A stretch of DNA of 64,000 nucleotides from Candidatus Latescibacterota bacterium (GTDB taxonomy: Bacteria > Latescibacterota > UBA2968 > UBA8231). This document shows positions 19,057-28,820 of the stretch, piece after piece. The position numbers were made by a program, and so were the translations under genes. The notes under the pieces are model-generated. The model was not told the DNA's origin. It searched no databases and saw only the letters and a list, made by a program, of their open reading frames with translations. The DNA is taken from positions 5,120,001 through 5,184,000 of the forward strand of contig OZ241362.1 in the NCBI GenBank assembly GCA_965200315.1. Reading direction: 5' to 3'. Position 1 is the stretch's first letter, and every line of letters starts with the position of its first letter.

Positions 19057-20316
19057 TCACGGCGCGAATTGGTACACCACCGGCACCAGCGCAGGATCCG
19101 TAATGCTCGAGTCTGTGTGGTGATAGATATTGACGCGCCCGGTGCCGCAGTCGCCAAAGTCGTCGCAGGAGAGTACGCCGGCAAGCCCCTGAAAGCCGGC
19201 CGTCGCCCCAAGCCCCTCGCGCAGCGCGGCGCGATCCAAGTGCAACTTTCCGCCCTCCGCCACCGCAGTGGACTTGATGGCACTAAGCAGCACTGTCGTG
19301 GCGTCGTAGGCAAACGCCCAGAACACGGAGATAGGCGGTCCACCGTAGGTGGCTTCATACGCGGCGAGCACTTCGTCAGCACTCTTGCCGGTCGCCATAT
19401 TGACGTTTGAGCCGTGGCCCGACGCTACTGCGGCAAAATACATGTCCTCGGACTGTGGCTTACCGAGGAACCCGGACACGAAGCTAGCCGAGCCCGCAAT
19501 GAGCGTGGCATCTGCTAGACCGTCGAATGCCCGCGCCTGCTCGGCGAAAAGCGAGCCTTCCACTTCAAAGAGCGGAAAGAAGATGCCGTCCGGCCCCGCT
19601 TCCGCAAATTCTGTGAGGACGGACGTCATGTCCGCCTCGCCCTTCTCAATCGCAGCGGCGACTGCGACCTCACCGCCGAGGTCGCGGAACGCATTGCTAA
19701 ACGCGCCCACGAGGGCTGTGGTGTACGGGTCGCCGTCGTCGAGGACCGCCATGCGCCGCAGGTCCAATTCGCCGTAGGCGAAGTCGGCGAGCGCGTTCGC
19801 CTGATAGAGGTCGTTGTTATTGGTGCGGAAATAGCCGGGGTGATAGTGGGCATTGGCGTTGCCGGCGAGGTCGGATGTGAGCAAAGGCGATGAGTTGGAT
19901 GGCGAGATCATGGTCAGACCCGCCTCGCTGATGACCGGTGAGGCCGCTACGGCTGAAGCCGAGCACGCCGTGCCGACGACGCCAATCACCTGCGGGTTGG
20001 TGCTGATTTGCTCGGCCCCGGTGCGCCCGCCCTCTGGCGAACACATGGCGTCGATAGATGCTCCAAGGTTGATCTCGTGCCCGTGGATGTCGCCGAAGTC
20101 GCGGACGGCCAACTCGACGCCACGCCGCGTTACCTCGCCCAGCGACGCCGCGCCGGTGATTGAGAGCAACGAACGGATCTGCACGGCTTCACCCGCGCCA
20201 ACCTCGACTGCGCCGAGCGGTCCGGCCTCAAAGCCGAGCGGTTCATCGTCGCCGCCGCACGCTGCGACGAAAGCGGCCAGTAGCGCAATGTAGAATTTCC
20301 CAAGTGTATTACTCAT
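19057..20316 (-). CDS. Branched-chain amino acid ABC transporter substrate-binding lipoprotein (orphan)
   Basis: Lipobox VAAC, VVGTACS, ISPSNSSP.LT, FRT..ND..QA, AYDA. Confidence 0.85.
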   Translation of the reverse strand: MSNTLGKFYIALLAAFVAACGGDDEPLGFEAGPLGAVEVGAGEAVQIRSLLSITGAASLGEVTRRGVELAVRDFGDIHGHEINLGASIDAMCSPEGGRTGAEQISTNPQVIGVVGTACSASAVAASPVISEAGLTMISPSNSSPLLTSDLAGNANAHYHPGYFRTNNNDLYQANALADFAYGELDLRRMAVLDDGDPYTTALVGAFSNAFRDLGGEVAVAAAIEKGEADMTSVLTEFAEAGPDGIFFPLFEVEGSLFAEQARAFDGLADATLIAGSASFVSGFLGKPQSEDMYFAAVASGHGSNVNMATGKSADEVLAAYEATYGGPPISVFWAFAYDATTVLLSAIKSTAVAEGGKLHLDRAALREGLGATAGFQGLAGVLSCDDFGDCGTGRVNIYHHTDSSITDPALVPVVYQFAP

Positions 20317-21679
20317 AGTCGTTCACCTCCTGATTAGGTGCTGGATAGATGCCCAAAAATTCGCGTGCTGGGTGGTGCGGCTCCGAGGGCGAGCGAGCGT
20401 CGGGATCGTTGACTACCGAGGTAGCGGGCGGCACTACGGGTTGCCCGTGGGCTAGGGGGTCGTCGGTGTTTTGCATCCACTGGTCGAGGCGCTGGCGCAG
20501 CTCCGCTAGGTGATCTTGGCAATTGGGGTCTGCGGCCAAGTTGTGGGTTTCGTGCGGATCGAAGACCAAGTCGTAGAGCCGTTCTCTCTCTAGAGGGCGT
20601 TGCTGCCAACCTTGATCGATAAAATAGTCTTTGGTTAGGCTGTCGTCGCAATTGGGCAGGACTGGATATTGGCGCTGGTCAAAGCGACGGATGTACTTGA
20701 AGCGCGGCGTGCGGATGCAGCGCTGGGGTTCGTAGTAGGTGTGGTAGTTTACTTCGGCGAAAATTTCGCCGCGGATTTCTTGCGCTTGGCCGTTTACCAG
20801 CGGCAGGAGCGAGGTGCCTTGCACGTGCCCGGGCAATGCGATCCCGGCGAGGGCGCAGATCGTCGGATAGATATCAACTTGGCTGACCAAGGCATCAACC
20901 ACTTGGCCGCCGCTGAAGCCGCCCGGGCCGCGCAGCACTAGCATGACGCCAATACCGTGGTCGGTGAGGTTGCACTTCATGGTGGGGAAGGCAAGGCCGT
21001 GGTCCGTGGTGCATAAGACGAGGGTATTGTCGGCCAAGCCGTTGTCTTGCAGGGCGGCGAAGACGCGGCCCATTTTGGCGTCGAGGGTGCGGGCCGCGTC
21101 GATGTAGGCGGCCAAGTCGCGGCGCGTCGCGGGTGTATCGGGGAAGGGCGCGGGCGGTCGCACATAGCGCGAATCGGTGGGGTCCTCGCCTTGGGGCTGG
21201 GGCGCAAAACCGCGTCCTTGGCGGTGGGTTTCGCCAAAGCCCACGTCCAAATAGAAGGGCGTGCGATGAGCTTCGGCCAAAAAAGCGGCGGCCCGCTCCT
21301 CGGTTTGGGTGTCGGGTGCCTCTTGGGGCAACAGGCGGGTGAAGCCGCCGTCGTTGACGTCCGCTACCACGTGCTGGAAGCCGGCCATGGCCGTGGTGTA
21401 GCCGGCCTTTTGCAGAGTGTGGGCCAGCAGCCGTTCGGGGTGGGGCAAAGTCCAGCCGCGATTGACCAAGCCGGTCATGCCACAGGAATGGGCCCACTGG
21501 CCGGTGAGCAGGCAGGCGCGGCTGGGCGAGCAGGTGGGGTTGGCGCAAAAGGCTTGGCGGAAGAGGACGCCTTCCTCGGCTAACTGCTGGATGTGCGGCG
21601 TGGGTATGGCGTAGCCGTAGGGTTGGACGTAGCGGCCAGTGTCGTGTGAGTGGATATAGACGATATTGGGGGCTGGCAT
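20309..21679 (-). CDS. Formylglycine-dependent sulfatase
   Basis: PNIVYIHSHD, CSPSR (CxPxR), TTDHG, LYDL.FDP.E..NLA. Confidence 0.9.
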   Translation of the reverse strand: MPAPNIVYIHSHDTGRYVQPYGYAIPTPHIQQLAEEGVLFRQAFCANPTCSPSRACLLTGQWAHSCGMTGLVNRGWTLPHPERLLAHTLQKAGYTTAMAGFQHVVADVNDGGFTRLLPQEAPDTQTEERAAAFLAEAHRTPFYLDVGFGETHRQGRGFAPQPQGEDPTDSRYVRPPAPFPDTPATRRDLAAYIDAARTLDAKMGRVFAALQDNGLADNTLVLCTTDHGLAFPTMKCNLTDHGIGVMLVLRGPGGFSGGQVVDALVSQVDIYPTICALAGIALPGHVQGTSLLPLVNGQAQEIRGEIFAEVNYHTYYEPQRCIRTPRFKYIRRFDQRQYPVLPNCDDSLTKDYFIDQGWQQRPLERERLYDLVFDPHETHNLAADPNCQDHLAELRQRLDQWMQNTDDPLAHGQPVVPPATSVVNDPDARSPSEPHHPAREFLGIYPAPNQEVNDYE

Positions 21680-21749
21680 GGGAACCTGTCGTTGGTCAAT
21701 GGTGAGAAGAGAAATGGGCACCCGTCTGTGGGTAGCACCTCATTTTTTG

Positions 21750-22356
21750 ATGAAAAAAATAAATCCCATCATCAACTGCAATTCCCCAGACAATACCCAA
21801 TGCGGCTACCCGCTGATGTGCATCTTCGACTGTTTGCTTTTCGACGATGGCACCTTCCCAGACTATGCGGCTGACCACTCCCTCGACATCAAAGACATGG
21901 TCAACGCGGCCGTCTGGACCTACCAAAAAATAGGAGGGTATGCCACGGACTTGGTACAAAGGACTCCAATTCCGAACGCCTCTGATCTATTATTTTGCGC
22001 AAGGCATCGACGGCCAAGTCTTTGTAGTCAATGTGCAGGTAATCGGGGAAGTGGGACCGCAAGGCATCGAGGAACTGATTGTTGGCCGCGCCTTGGCCGG
22101 AAAAGCGGAGGGACTGAGGCTGGTGAGGGTAAGTCTGCGTTGATGTGCAATTGGTCTCCCGGTTCCAGAAACAGCTTGACCTTCTCGCCGGCCATCTGCG
22201 CTTCCGTAAAACGACAGTTCTACCGAGAGGCAGCCCTTTTCGTAGTGGGACTTCGACGGTGACGGGCATATGGTAGATGGGCGTTTGCTGATACTCGAAG
22301 GCAATGCTGAGACGCTCCGCAGCATTGGTTAGCGCGGCGGTGACGCGATGCCGTGG
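21750..22356. pseudogene. Two gene remnants (X on + about 21750-21945; Y on - about 21990-22356), left copy
   Basis: Frameshifted; homologous to 23960-24356 (22-nt identity 21842-21863 = 24054-24075; 22/23 at 22279-22301 vs 24270-24292). Confidence 0.6.
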
Positions 22357-22517
22357 GAAATTTCCTCTCTTGGGAATGCGGCTTGTGGACAGGAGCCAAA
22401 TTTCGTATTTCGCTTCCGAGCCTCGAATGGGTGCTCTAGGTGAATAGGAGATGGAATTTTTCGGGACTCTATCAATGCTCCTCAGGCATTGATCACACGC
22501 TAATAAGGAGGTCCACT

Positions 22518-23246
22518 GTGACTGAGAACAGAGAAGTTATGCTACAGAATTACACCCGGCGCGAATTTCGCCAAGGTCTTGAGGCCGGGAGATTCAAGGC
22601 CGCTGTCATCCCCACCGGCAGCATTGAGCAGCACCTCGAACACCTGCCCTTTGAACACGATATCGCCTCGTCAACTTGGGTGGCGCGCCAAGCGGCTCTG
22701 AACATGTACCCAAAAGTGATCGTGGCCGTGCCCATGGCCGTGGGTATTTCCGAGCACCACATGAAGCACAAGGGCAGCCTCACGGCCAAGCCGGGCTCGT
22801 GGCTGTCAGTACTCTTCGATGCGGTGGAGTGTTTTGCCCGCCACGGCATTGAGAACATCCTAATCCTCAATGGTCACGGCGGCAATGTGCAACCCGTAAA
22901 TAGCATACTCCGTCAGTGGCGTCTCTTTTTTGAATCCACAGCTCCGGGGGTGAATCTGCACTTCCACCCTTATTGGAACTTAATTCCGCGGGCGCTCATC
23001 GACGAGCACATGGTCACCAAAAGCGCGCCGGGACACGCCACGGAATTCGAAACCTCGTTGGCGATGCACATGTTCCCGGAGAAAGTCCGGCGGGACGCCA
23101 TGCAGGATCAGGAAGACCAGACACCCTTGGAGGCTAGTGCGGAAAAGGGAAGGATTTTGTCCGAAGAAGCAGTCAAGCGGACCGTGGAATACCTCGAGGC
23201 GATGATGGAGGGGAAAACCCTATTGGAAGTGGGGGAGCGATACTAG
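22518..23246 (+). CDS. Creatininase-family amidohydrolase
   Basis: PTGSIEQH..HLP...D, G.SEHH, NGHGGN, GHATEFETS; AGGAGG then GTG 22518. Confidence 0.85.
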   Translation: MTENREVMLQNYTRREFRQGLEAGRFKAAVIPTGSIEQHLEHLPFEHDIASSTWVARQAALNMYPKVIVAVPMAVGISEHHMKHKGSLTAKPGSWLSVLFDAVECFARHGIENILILNGHGGNVQPVNSILRQWRLFFESTAPGVNLHFHPYWNLIPRALIDEHMVTKSAPGHATEFETSLAMHMFPEKVRRDAMQDQEDQTPLEASAEKGRILSEEAVKRTVEYLEAMMEGKTLLEVGERY

Positions 23247-23258
23247 CAGAACTACCTA

Positions 23259-23298
23259 GGGGCATCCGCAGGCCATTGCAAGCCGCATCGGATGCCCC
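23259..23298. terminator. Hairpin between convergent genes
   Basis: GGGGCATCCG / CGGATGCCCC perfect 10-bp stem. Confidence 0.55.
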
Positions 23299-23334
23299 CA
23301 GTCAGTTGCTTATCGCTTGTTCAAGTGCGTTTGG

Positions 23335-23892
23335 CTAGAAGCGACTTTTGAGCTGTCCCCAAGATTGGTCTTCAACTGCCGTAGAAGCGGAGCCCGGATA
23401 ATAGCCAGCGCCTAAAACAAAATCTTGGCCGAGGGCGGAATAGGGGATGGCGTAGCTCACTTTAGGGGAACCAGGGTCTCCTTCTACTGACGGATCGGGC
23501 CAAATATACTCGACGTAGCCGCCTCCATCAGCCGCCACTGCGATGAGCTCTTGGACAATTTTGACTCCGTTGGTGTCTTCGAGGTCAATCAAGTTTTGGC
23601 CCTCGAAGTCTGGATTAGCTCCGTGCAGGATGAAGAGACCTTCAGTAGAAAAAACAAAGAGGTAGATGGCCCCTTGGTTCCAAGGTCCTTCGGTTCTGAA
23701 TTCCTGCAAGACACCCAGGTACTCGGGAAGGCTTGTGGCGTTATCCGCGTACGCCTTAGCGGTGTATACAAAGGCCTTCAGGGTTTCCCGGTCCACTACC
23801 TCACTGGCCGTTATCTCCTCGTCTTGGGCGATGGCGGGATGCGCGACGGGCAAGACGCTGGCCAGCATGAGTACTGCTGTCAGACGCTTCAT
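23335..23892 (-). CDS. Secreted stand-alone Cache-domain protein with C-terminal WGQLK motif
   Basis: Signal peptide MKRLTAV..AIA; YLFVF, G.NL.DL.D.NG, GGGYVEY.W.DP, K.SY, GAGYY; ends TAVEDQSWGQLKSRF. Confidence 0.8.
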   Translation of the reverse strand: MKRLTAVLMLASVLPVAHPAIAQDEEITASEVVDRETLKAFVYTAKAYADNATSLPEYLGVLQEFRTEGPWNQGAIYLFVFSTEGLFILHGANPDFEGQNLIDLEDTNGVKIVQELIAVAADGGGYVEYIWPDPSVEGDPGSPKVSYAIPYSALGQDFVLGAGYYPGSASTAVEDQSWGQLKSRF

Positions 23893-23959
23893 GATGATCT
23901 CCTTTATTTGGATTTGGCCAATTATGGCACATAATATACGCCATATACGCCCGATTCCA

Positions 23960-24356
23960 AAAAAATCCATCAAATAAGCCCACCTGTAAAAGACGTGTTC
24001 CCCAGACGGCTCAATGCGGTTATCTCTTGATAATTACCCGATTGTCCGCTTTGCGACGATGGCACCTTCCCAGACGCTACCTCCTCGACGTCAGATACAT
24101 CGTCAACGCGGCCATCTATCCGGCCGTCTGTTCCTACTATAATAGTCTGCGGGGAGGTCTGGACGATTCCGTTCGTTTTGCATCTCGTAATTGATCGGAT
24201 AAGAGACTATCGAGTTGGCCCATTCATAGGTGAGCAGCCCTTTTCGTCGAGTGGGACTTCGTTGGTGACGGGCGTTTGCTGGTACTCGAAGGTGATGTTG
24301 CGATGCTCTGCAGCATTCGCTAGTGTGGAGGTGACGCGGGTGGGGAGTGGTGCCAT
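23960..24356. repeat. Right, more deleted copy of the X/Y remnants
   Basis: Same order and orientation as 21750-22356; lacks 15 nt between two GGGC repeats. Confidence 0.6.
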
Positions 24357-24462
24357 GAGATGGAGCTTCCGGTTAAAATTATTGACAAGCTGATGAGGCC
24401 AAACGTAGCTTAACCCCGACAACAGGGCCAACCTTCCCATCCGCCGAAAGAGGGGGTGCAAA

Positions 24463-25641
24463 ATGACTACCGAGCAATCTCCGGTGAAGGAGACCTACCG
24501 AGCCACAGCTTTTGCCGACTCCAAACCCGAACTCGCTGCTCCCGGAGCCACGCCCGAGCGGTTGGAACACTTGCGGGAGCATGGTTTCGTCATCATCACC
24601 GACTTTGTCGATAACCCGTGGATTCCCGTGCTCCGCGAGGCTGGTCGCCGCGTCACCGAAGCGTGTGCGCCCGAGCATGGTTACAGTAAGATCGACTGCT
24701 CAAAGGGCTACGTACATCGCGCCGGCGGCAATGAGCCGTGGGCGATTCGGGGGCTCATCCATCCCGCCTTTGAGGAGCCTTGCTTTGCCGAGTTCCACGG
24801 CTCGGACGATTTCCTCAATTTCGTCGCCTCTTGGTGCGATGGGCTTGGGCCCGAAGATATGACGCTGAGTGGTCTGCTGCTGTGGTGCAATCCCCGACGG
24901 CACGAGAATGGGCCGAGTTGGCACCGCGACGTGACGTGGTGGGGCGAGGGCAAGCCCTATTTTTCTCAGCGAGACAACCGAGGGGAAAGCCCGGAGGATT
25001 ATTCCGCAGAAGTCGAAAAAGTCCGCTGGGCAGAAATCCGCGCCAATAATGCCAAGTCGCTCGCGGAGCGAAACGGCGTGAGCATGTTCTTGGCACTGGT
25101 GGACGACGAGTGCCACGAACTCATCCCCGGCAGCCACGAGCGCTGGCGTACGCCGTTTGAGCACGACGTGCTCTTGCCGCAATCCATGAAGGACCAAGGG
25201 GTGCCACACACGCCTAGCTGGAATAGGAAGGACCCGTTGCCGGGCCAAGTGGCGATCCGGCTCAAGCCCGGGGAAGCCCTCATCCGCAATGGGGTCACGA
25301 TCCACACCGGGCACACCGTCCCCGAGCGCGAGCGCAACACCTTGTCCATCGGCTGGTCGAAGTGGTCGGGTCCGTTTGCCGGGGAGCCGGCGGTGGCGGA
25401 CGCGCGCAGTGCGTGGCAACTCGATCCTGCGGTGCGAGAAGCATTGCCGCACGAGTGGATGAAGACGGCGTGGGACCGTTGGGCTGAAACCCAGCAGTTA
25501 GGGGATACGCTCGAAGATCGGTACGCGGGGTTTGATATCCAGCGCATCAAAGCGGGGGAGGTCGTGGGTTGGCGCAGCGAGTTGGAACGCGAGGCGGCTG
25601 CCGCTGGCGAGGCGTGGGAGCGGTTTCAGACGGTGGTGTGA
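24463..25641 (+). CDS. PhyH-like dioxygenase
   Basis: LREHGFVI, WHRD, LIPGSH.R, LKPGE, TIHTG. Confidence 0.7.
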   Translation: MTTEQSPVKETYRATAFADSKPELAAPGATPERLEHLREHGFVIITDFVDNPWIPVLREAGRRVTEACAPEHGYSKIDCSKGYVHRAGGNEPWAIRGLIHPAFEEPCFAEFHGSDDFLNFVASWCDGLGPEDMTLSGLLLWCNPRRHENGPSWHRDVTWWGEGKPYFSQRDNRGESPEDYSAEVEKVRWAEIRANNAKSLAERNGVSMFLALVDDECHELIPGSHERWRTPFEHDVLLPQSMKDQGVPHTPSWNRKDPLPGQVAIRLKPGEALIRNGVTIHTGHTVPERERNTLSIGWSKWSGPFAGEPAVADARSAWQLDPAVREALPHEWMKTAWDRWAETQQLGDTLEDRYAGFDIQRIKAGEVVGWRSELEREAAAAGEAWERFQTVV

Positions 25642-25717
25642 GGTGCGATAGGACTTGTCTTTTTATACATTTTTTCGTCCATAAGGATCAATCCCAATAA
25701 GTGGAGGAGAATATATA

Positions 25718-27640
25718 GTGGAACTTATTCTTGTTTTATGTGCCGTAGCAACTGTTGGCGGTTCCGTTGCCATAGTAGGACGGAAATATGGCCTAAAAAG
25801 AGAGGTAGACGGCCAAGCCCGAGCTGTGCGTACACCACGGGACTTGGGGGCCTTGGTACTGGCTGAGCGGTTTGGCCAGCCCGACCCTCAATCTGAAGAC
25901 CGAGCCGATAATAACGGTGTACAGGGTGCGGATTCTGTCGTTGATGAATCAGATGATTCAACTTCTGCCTTTTCTTCGTATGCCGCTCCTCCACCATCCG
26001 TACCCTCCTTCGCCGTTAAACGACCCCAAGATCCTTATGCTGCGCTTACTGCTGCTGCACAGGGTGCTTGGTTCGGTAAGGACGCTCTCCAGAACTTGAT
26101 GAGCATAGACGAACATGTGTACACGGCTATGAGCCAGCTTGCCGGAAGACAGCTTGAATCGGTAGGGGACCTACATAACGAACTTTCAGGTTGGCCCTCG
26201 GCAGAGATAGGGGAAGCACTTCCTGAAGGGGCTTTGAACAAGCTAATGGGCCATTTAGCTGAACCCATTGTTGGCCAGCATATAGAAGATTTAGGCATCC
26301 CGGTAAAGATGCCAGACCTATCTAACCAATCGGGATATGACCTAATACTGAATGGAGAACATGCGGTTAATGTTAAAACCGTTGCCGACGTCAGTTCGCT
26401 CTCTGATCATTTTGAACGGTACCCCGATATTCCTGTTGTCGTGCCCGGAGATATGGCAGGCATACCTGAAAATGCCATCCATCTTGATGCGGCCGGTTCT
26501 CTCGACCAACTCGACGCAAGGGTGAATTTAGGCGAAGAGAATATCGTCCTAGTGGATGACGCCCTGTCCCACGCTGAGATGATGGAACATACCGAAAGTG
26601 TAAGCGATGCGCTTTTGGATAATATAGATGTGGGTGGCCTCCCATTTATTACATTAGCCCTCTCCAGTTACCGAGAGGTCAAACTGTTAAAAAATAGCGA
26701 CACCGATACAACTAATGCCGTGAAGAATATCGGGCTGGACCTCGCTGGGACAGGCGGCGGAGCCGCTGCTGGAGCCGCTGTTGGAGCCGCTGCTGGCTCT
26801 ATAGTTCCAGTCATTGGCACGACCATTGGGGCTATCGTTGGTGGCATTGCAGGTGCCATAGGGGGCCGCAAAGCCACCAACGCTATCAAAGAGCAACCTT
26901 TTCAAGATGCCCACCAAGCCTACCAGAATACGATGAGTGAAGCGAAGGAGAAAATTGCTACAGTACAGGCGGAAGCTAAAGAGCAGTACACTCAGACGGT
27001 AGAAAGCGAAGAAAAAAGCCTCGCCCAAACTGTGGCGAGTAGCAAACGCAAGGTCCAGCAGTGGCAAAATGCTTTAGTCAAGGAGCGAAAAGATGGCTAT
27101 GAGCTTGAATCGGCAGAGGCACGACAGCTCTTAAAGACTGCTCTCGACGACCTGTCATCGCACACCACTAGCGTCCGAGCCCAGCTAGCCAATATACCCT
27201 CTTGGAAACAGACGTTCTGGCCCGACGGATACACTGTTTTGCTCCAGCAGTCTGTCCAACATCTCGAAAAACTGACCGATATCCTTACAGAAAAGGCGCG
27301 ATTGATCTTGTATGATAAACCATCGCCGAAGCTGACGGGAGACCATGCCGAATCTTTCCTACAGCTCCTATTGGCCGTCGATGGTGCAACGCCTAATATC
27401 CGTGAGTTAATCGTCGCTCACGAAGAACGTCGCCAAGATCGAGAAGCCCGATGGCGTGCCAATATAGAGCAGATTCGGCTCGAGGTCGCAGATCGCAGAT
27501 ATCAATGTTTCCAAAAACTCGCCGAAACCGTTGAAGAGTTGCAAAAAAGGACAGAAGCAACGATAAAACCTCTCGTTAAAAAAGTAGAAAATGCCTCGAA
27601 ATCTGTACGCACTGAGGCCGCTCGGCTAGGCAAAACGTAG
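25718..27640 (+). CDS. Hypothetical protein: N-terminal TM, nuclease-like segment, glycine zipper, coiled coil
   Basis: 640-aa lower-GC ORF with GGAGGA RBS; GHLAE..GYD..VNVK; GAAAGAAVGAAAGS..GAIVGGIAGAIGG. Confidence 0.65.
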   Translation: MELILVLCAVATVGGSVAIVGRKYGLKREVDGQARAVRTPRDLGALVLAERFGQPDPQSEDRADNNGVQGADSVVDESDDSTSAFSSYAAPPPSVPSFAVKRPQDPYAALTAAAQGAWFGKDALQNLMSIDEHVYTAMSQLAGRQLESVGDLHNELSGWPSAEIGEALPEGALNKLMGHLAEPIVGQHIEDLGIPVKMPDLSNQSGYDLILNGEHAVNVKTVADVSSLSDHFERYPDIPVVVPGDMAGIPENAIHLDAAGSLDQLDARVNLGEENIVLVDDALSHAEMMEHTESVSDALLDNIDVGGLPFITLALSSYREVKLLKNSDTDTTNAVKNIGLDLAGTGGGAAAGAAVGAAAGSIVPVIGTTIGAIVGGIAGAIGGRKATNAIKEQPFQDAHQAYQNTMSEAKEKIATVQAEAKEQYTQTVESEEKSLAQTVASSKRKVQQWQNALVKERKDGYELESAEARQLLKTALDDLSSHTTSVRAQLANIPSWKQTFWPDGYTVLLQQSVQHLEKLTDILTEKARLILYDKPSPKLTGDHAESFLQLLLAVDGATPNIRELIVAHEERRQDREARWRANIEQIRLEVADRRYQCFQKLAETVEELQKRTEATIKPLVKKVENASKSVRTEAARLGKT

Positions 27641-27793
27641 TATTGAGATGCGGAAGAAGCTCAAATACACTACCCGGATGAAGCCGCTGAACTCGAAGTC
27701 ATCGCCTATGCAGCTTAGAAAGCTGAAGTGTATCGTTGATCTTGCTGACGCCTTGAGGATGTTATGAAATGGATCCCCAATCTGCGTTACCCG

Positions 27794-28642
27794 CTAAGTG
27801 GGGTATGCTGATTTCTTTTTGGCTAGCCCGGCCTTGCGCTCGACAAATGCTTGGGGTGGGGGCGTCAGAATCGCACGTTTGCGCTCGTCGATTCCTTCCC
27901 ATTGGTCGGCGTCCGTTGGGCTGAAAAAATTATCCGGGCCCGAATAGGCCTCCCCGCGCTCTGTGTATTTGTAAAAGAGCGTGGTCCGCGTGCTCGGTGC
28001 CGTCCACGGCAGAGTGACGTGAAAAAGAGCCTCGGTGAAGATAATGGCGGTGCCAGCGCGGGCCGGTACGCGCGTGACCATCGGATGTACGCCCTTGGAC
28101 AAATCGATCCACGCTTCCGGGACGGGATAATGTCCCTTGTGCGAGCCCGCCAAACAGCCGAATCCACCCCCGTTACAAATAGTATCCTCTAGTTCGTACG
28201 CCACGGTGACCAGACCGTTGGAGAACGTCCCGCTTGCGGGATCGCGCGCGAAGTAATGCGTGACTAGCTCGTGCGGCCGATTGGGATGTAGCAAGCGGCC
28301 GTTGCCGCCGTGGATGATGCCTCCGGCGAGATTTTTGTTGAAGGTGCCGTGCGTGTGGACGTTGATGTGGTCGATGCGGAAGGGCGGGAGCACTCCGGCA
28401 CGTTGATCGCCGTAAATCTCGGCTAGAATTTTTGAAATCACCGGAACGTCCAGTAAATCGACGAAAGCCTGCGACCAGAAGCCGCCGCGGTCCGCGTGCT
28501 GCGAGTGGAGTTCCGGGCCTTTTGCAGCGACCGTGGTCTTGAGGTCGGCAACCTGCTCGGGGGTAATCGCGTCCGCCACTGTGAGGAAGCCCCACGTATC
28601 AAAAGCAAAGCGCTGTTCCTCATTCATATTCAAAAAGTCCAC
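27794..28642 (-). CDS. PhyH-like dioxygenase (start may be ATG 28627)
   Basis: FDTWGFL, IHGG, GGFGCLAGSHK, FTEALFH. Confidence 0.8.
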   Translation of the reverse strand: MDFLNMNEEQRFAFDTWGFLTVADAITPEQVADLKTTVAAKGPELHSQHADRGGFWSQAFVDLLDVPVISKILAEIYGDQRAGVLPPFRIDHINVHTHGTFNKNLAGGIIHGGNGRLLHPNRPHELVTHYFARDPASGTFSNGLVTVAYELEDTICNGGGFGCLAGSHKGHYPVPEAWIDLSKGVHPMVTRVPARAGTAIIFTEALFHVTLPWTAPSTRTTLFYKYTERGEAYSGPDNFFSPTDADQWEGIDERKRAILTPPPQAFVERKAGLAKKKSAYPT

Positions 28643-28820
28643 TTATTGGTTGGAATTCGGCTGGCGAGGTGTGATTTAGCTGCGGCTACATTGTAGTACA
28701 CTCGCTGGAGACCTTGGCGACTAGAAAGCAGAATAAAGGAGCTTTGTTGATAATCAGTCAAGTTTTTGGCAGCTTTTTGCCGGGCGATCCATCTCACCCG
28801 CCACAATCACAGGAGTCTCT

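Noticed and set aside
26750-26870. GGAGCCGCTG(C/T)T tandem repeats
   Set aside because: They simply encode the Gly/Ala zipper of the 640-aa protein
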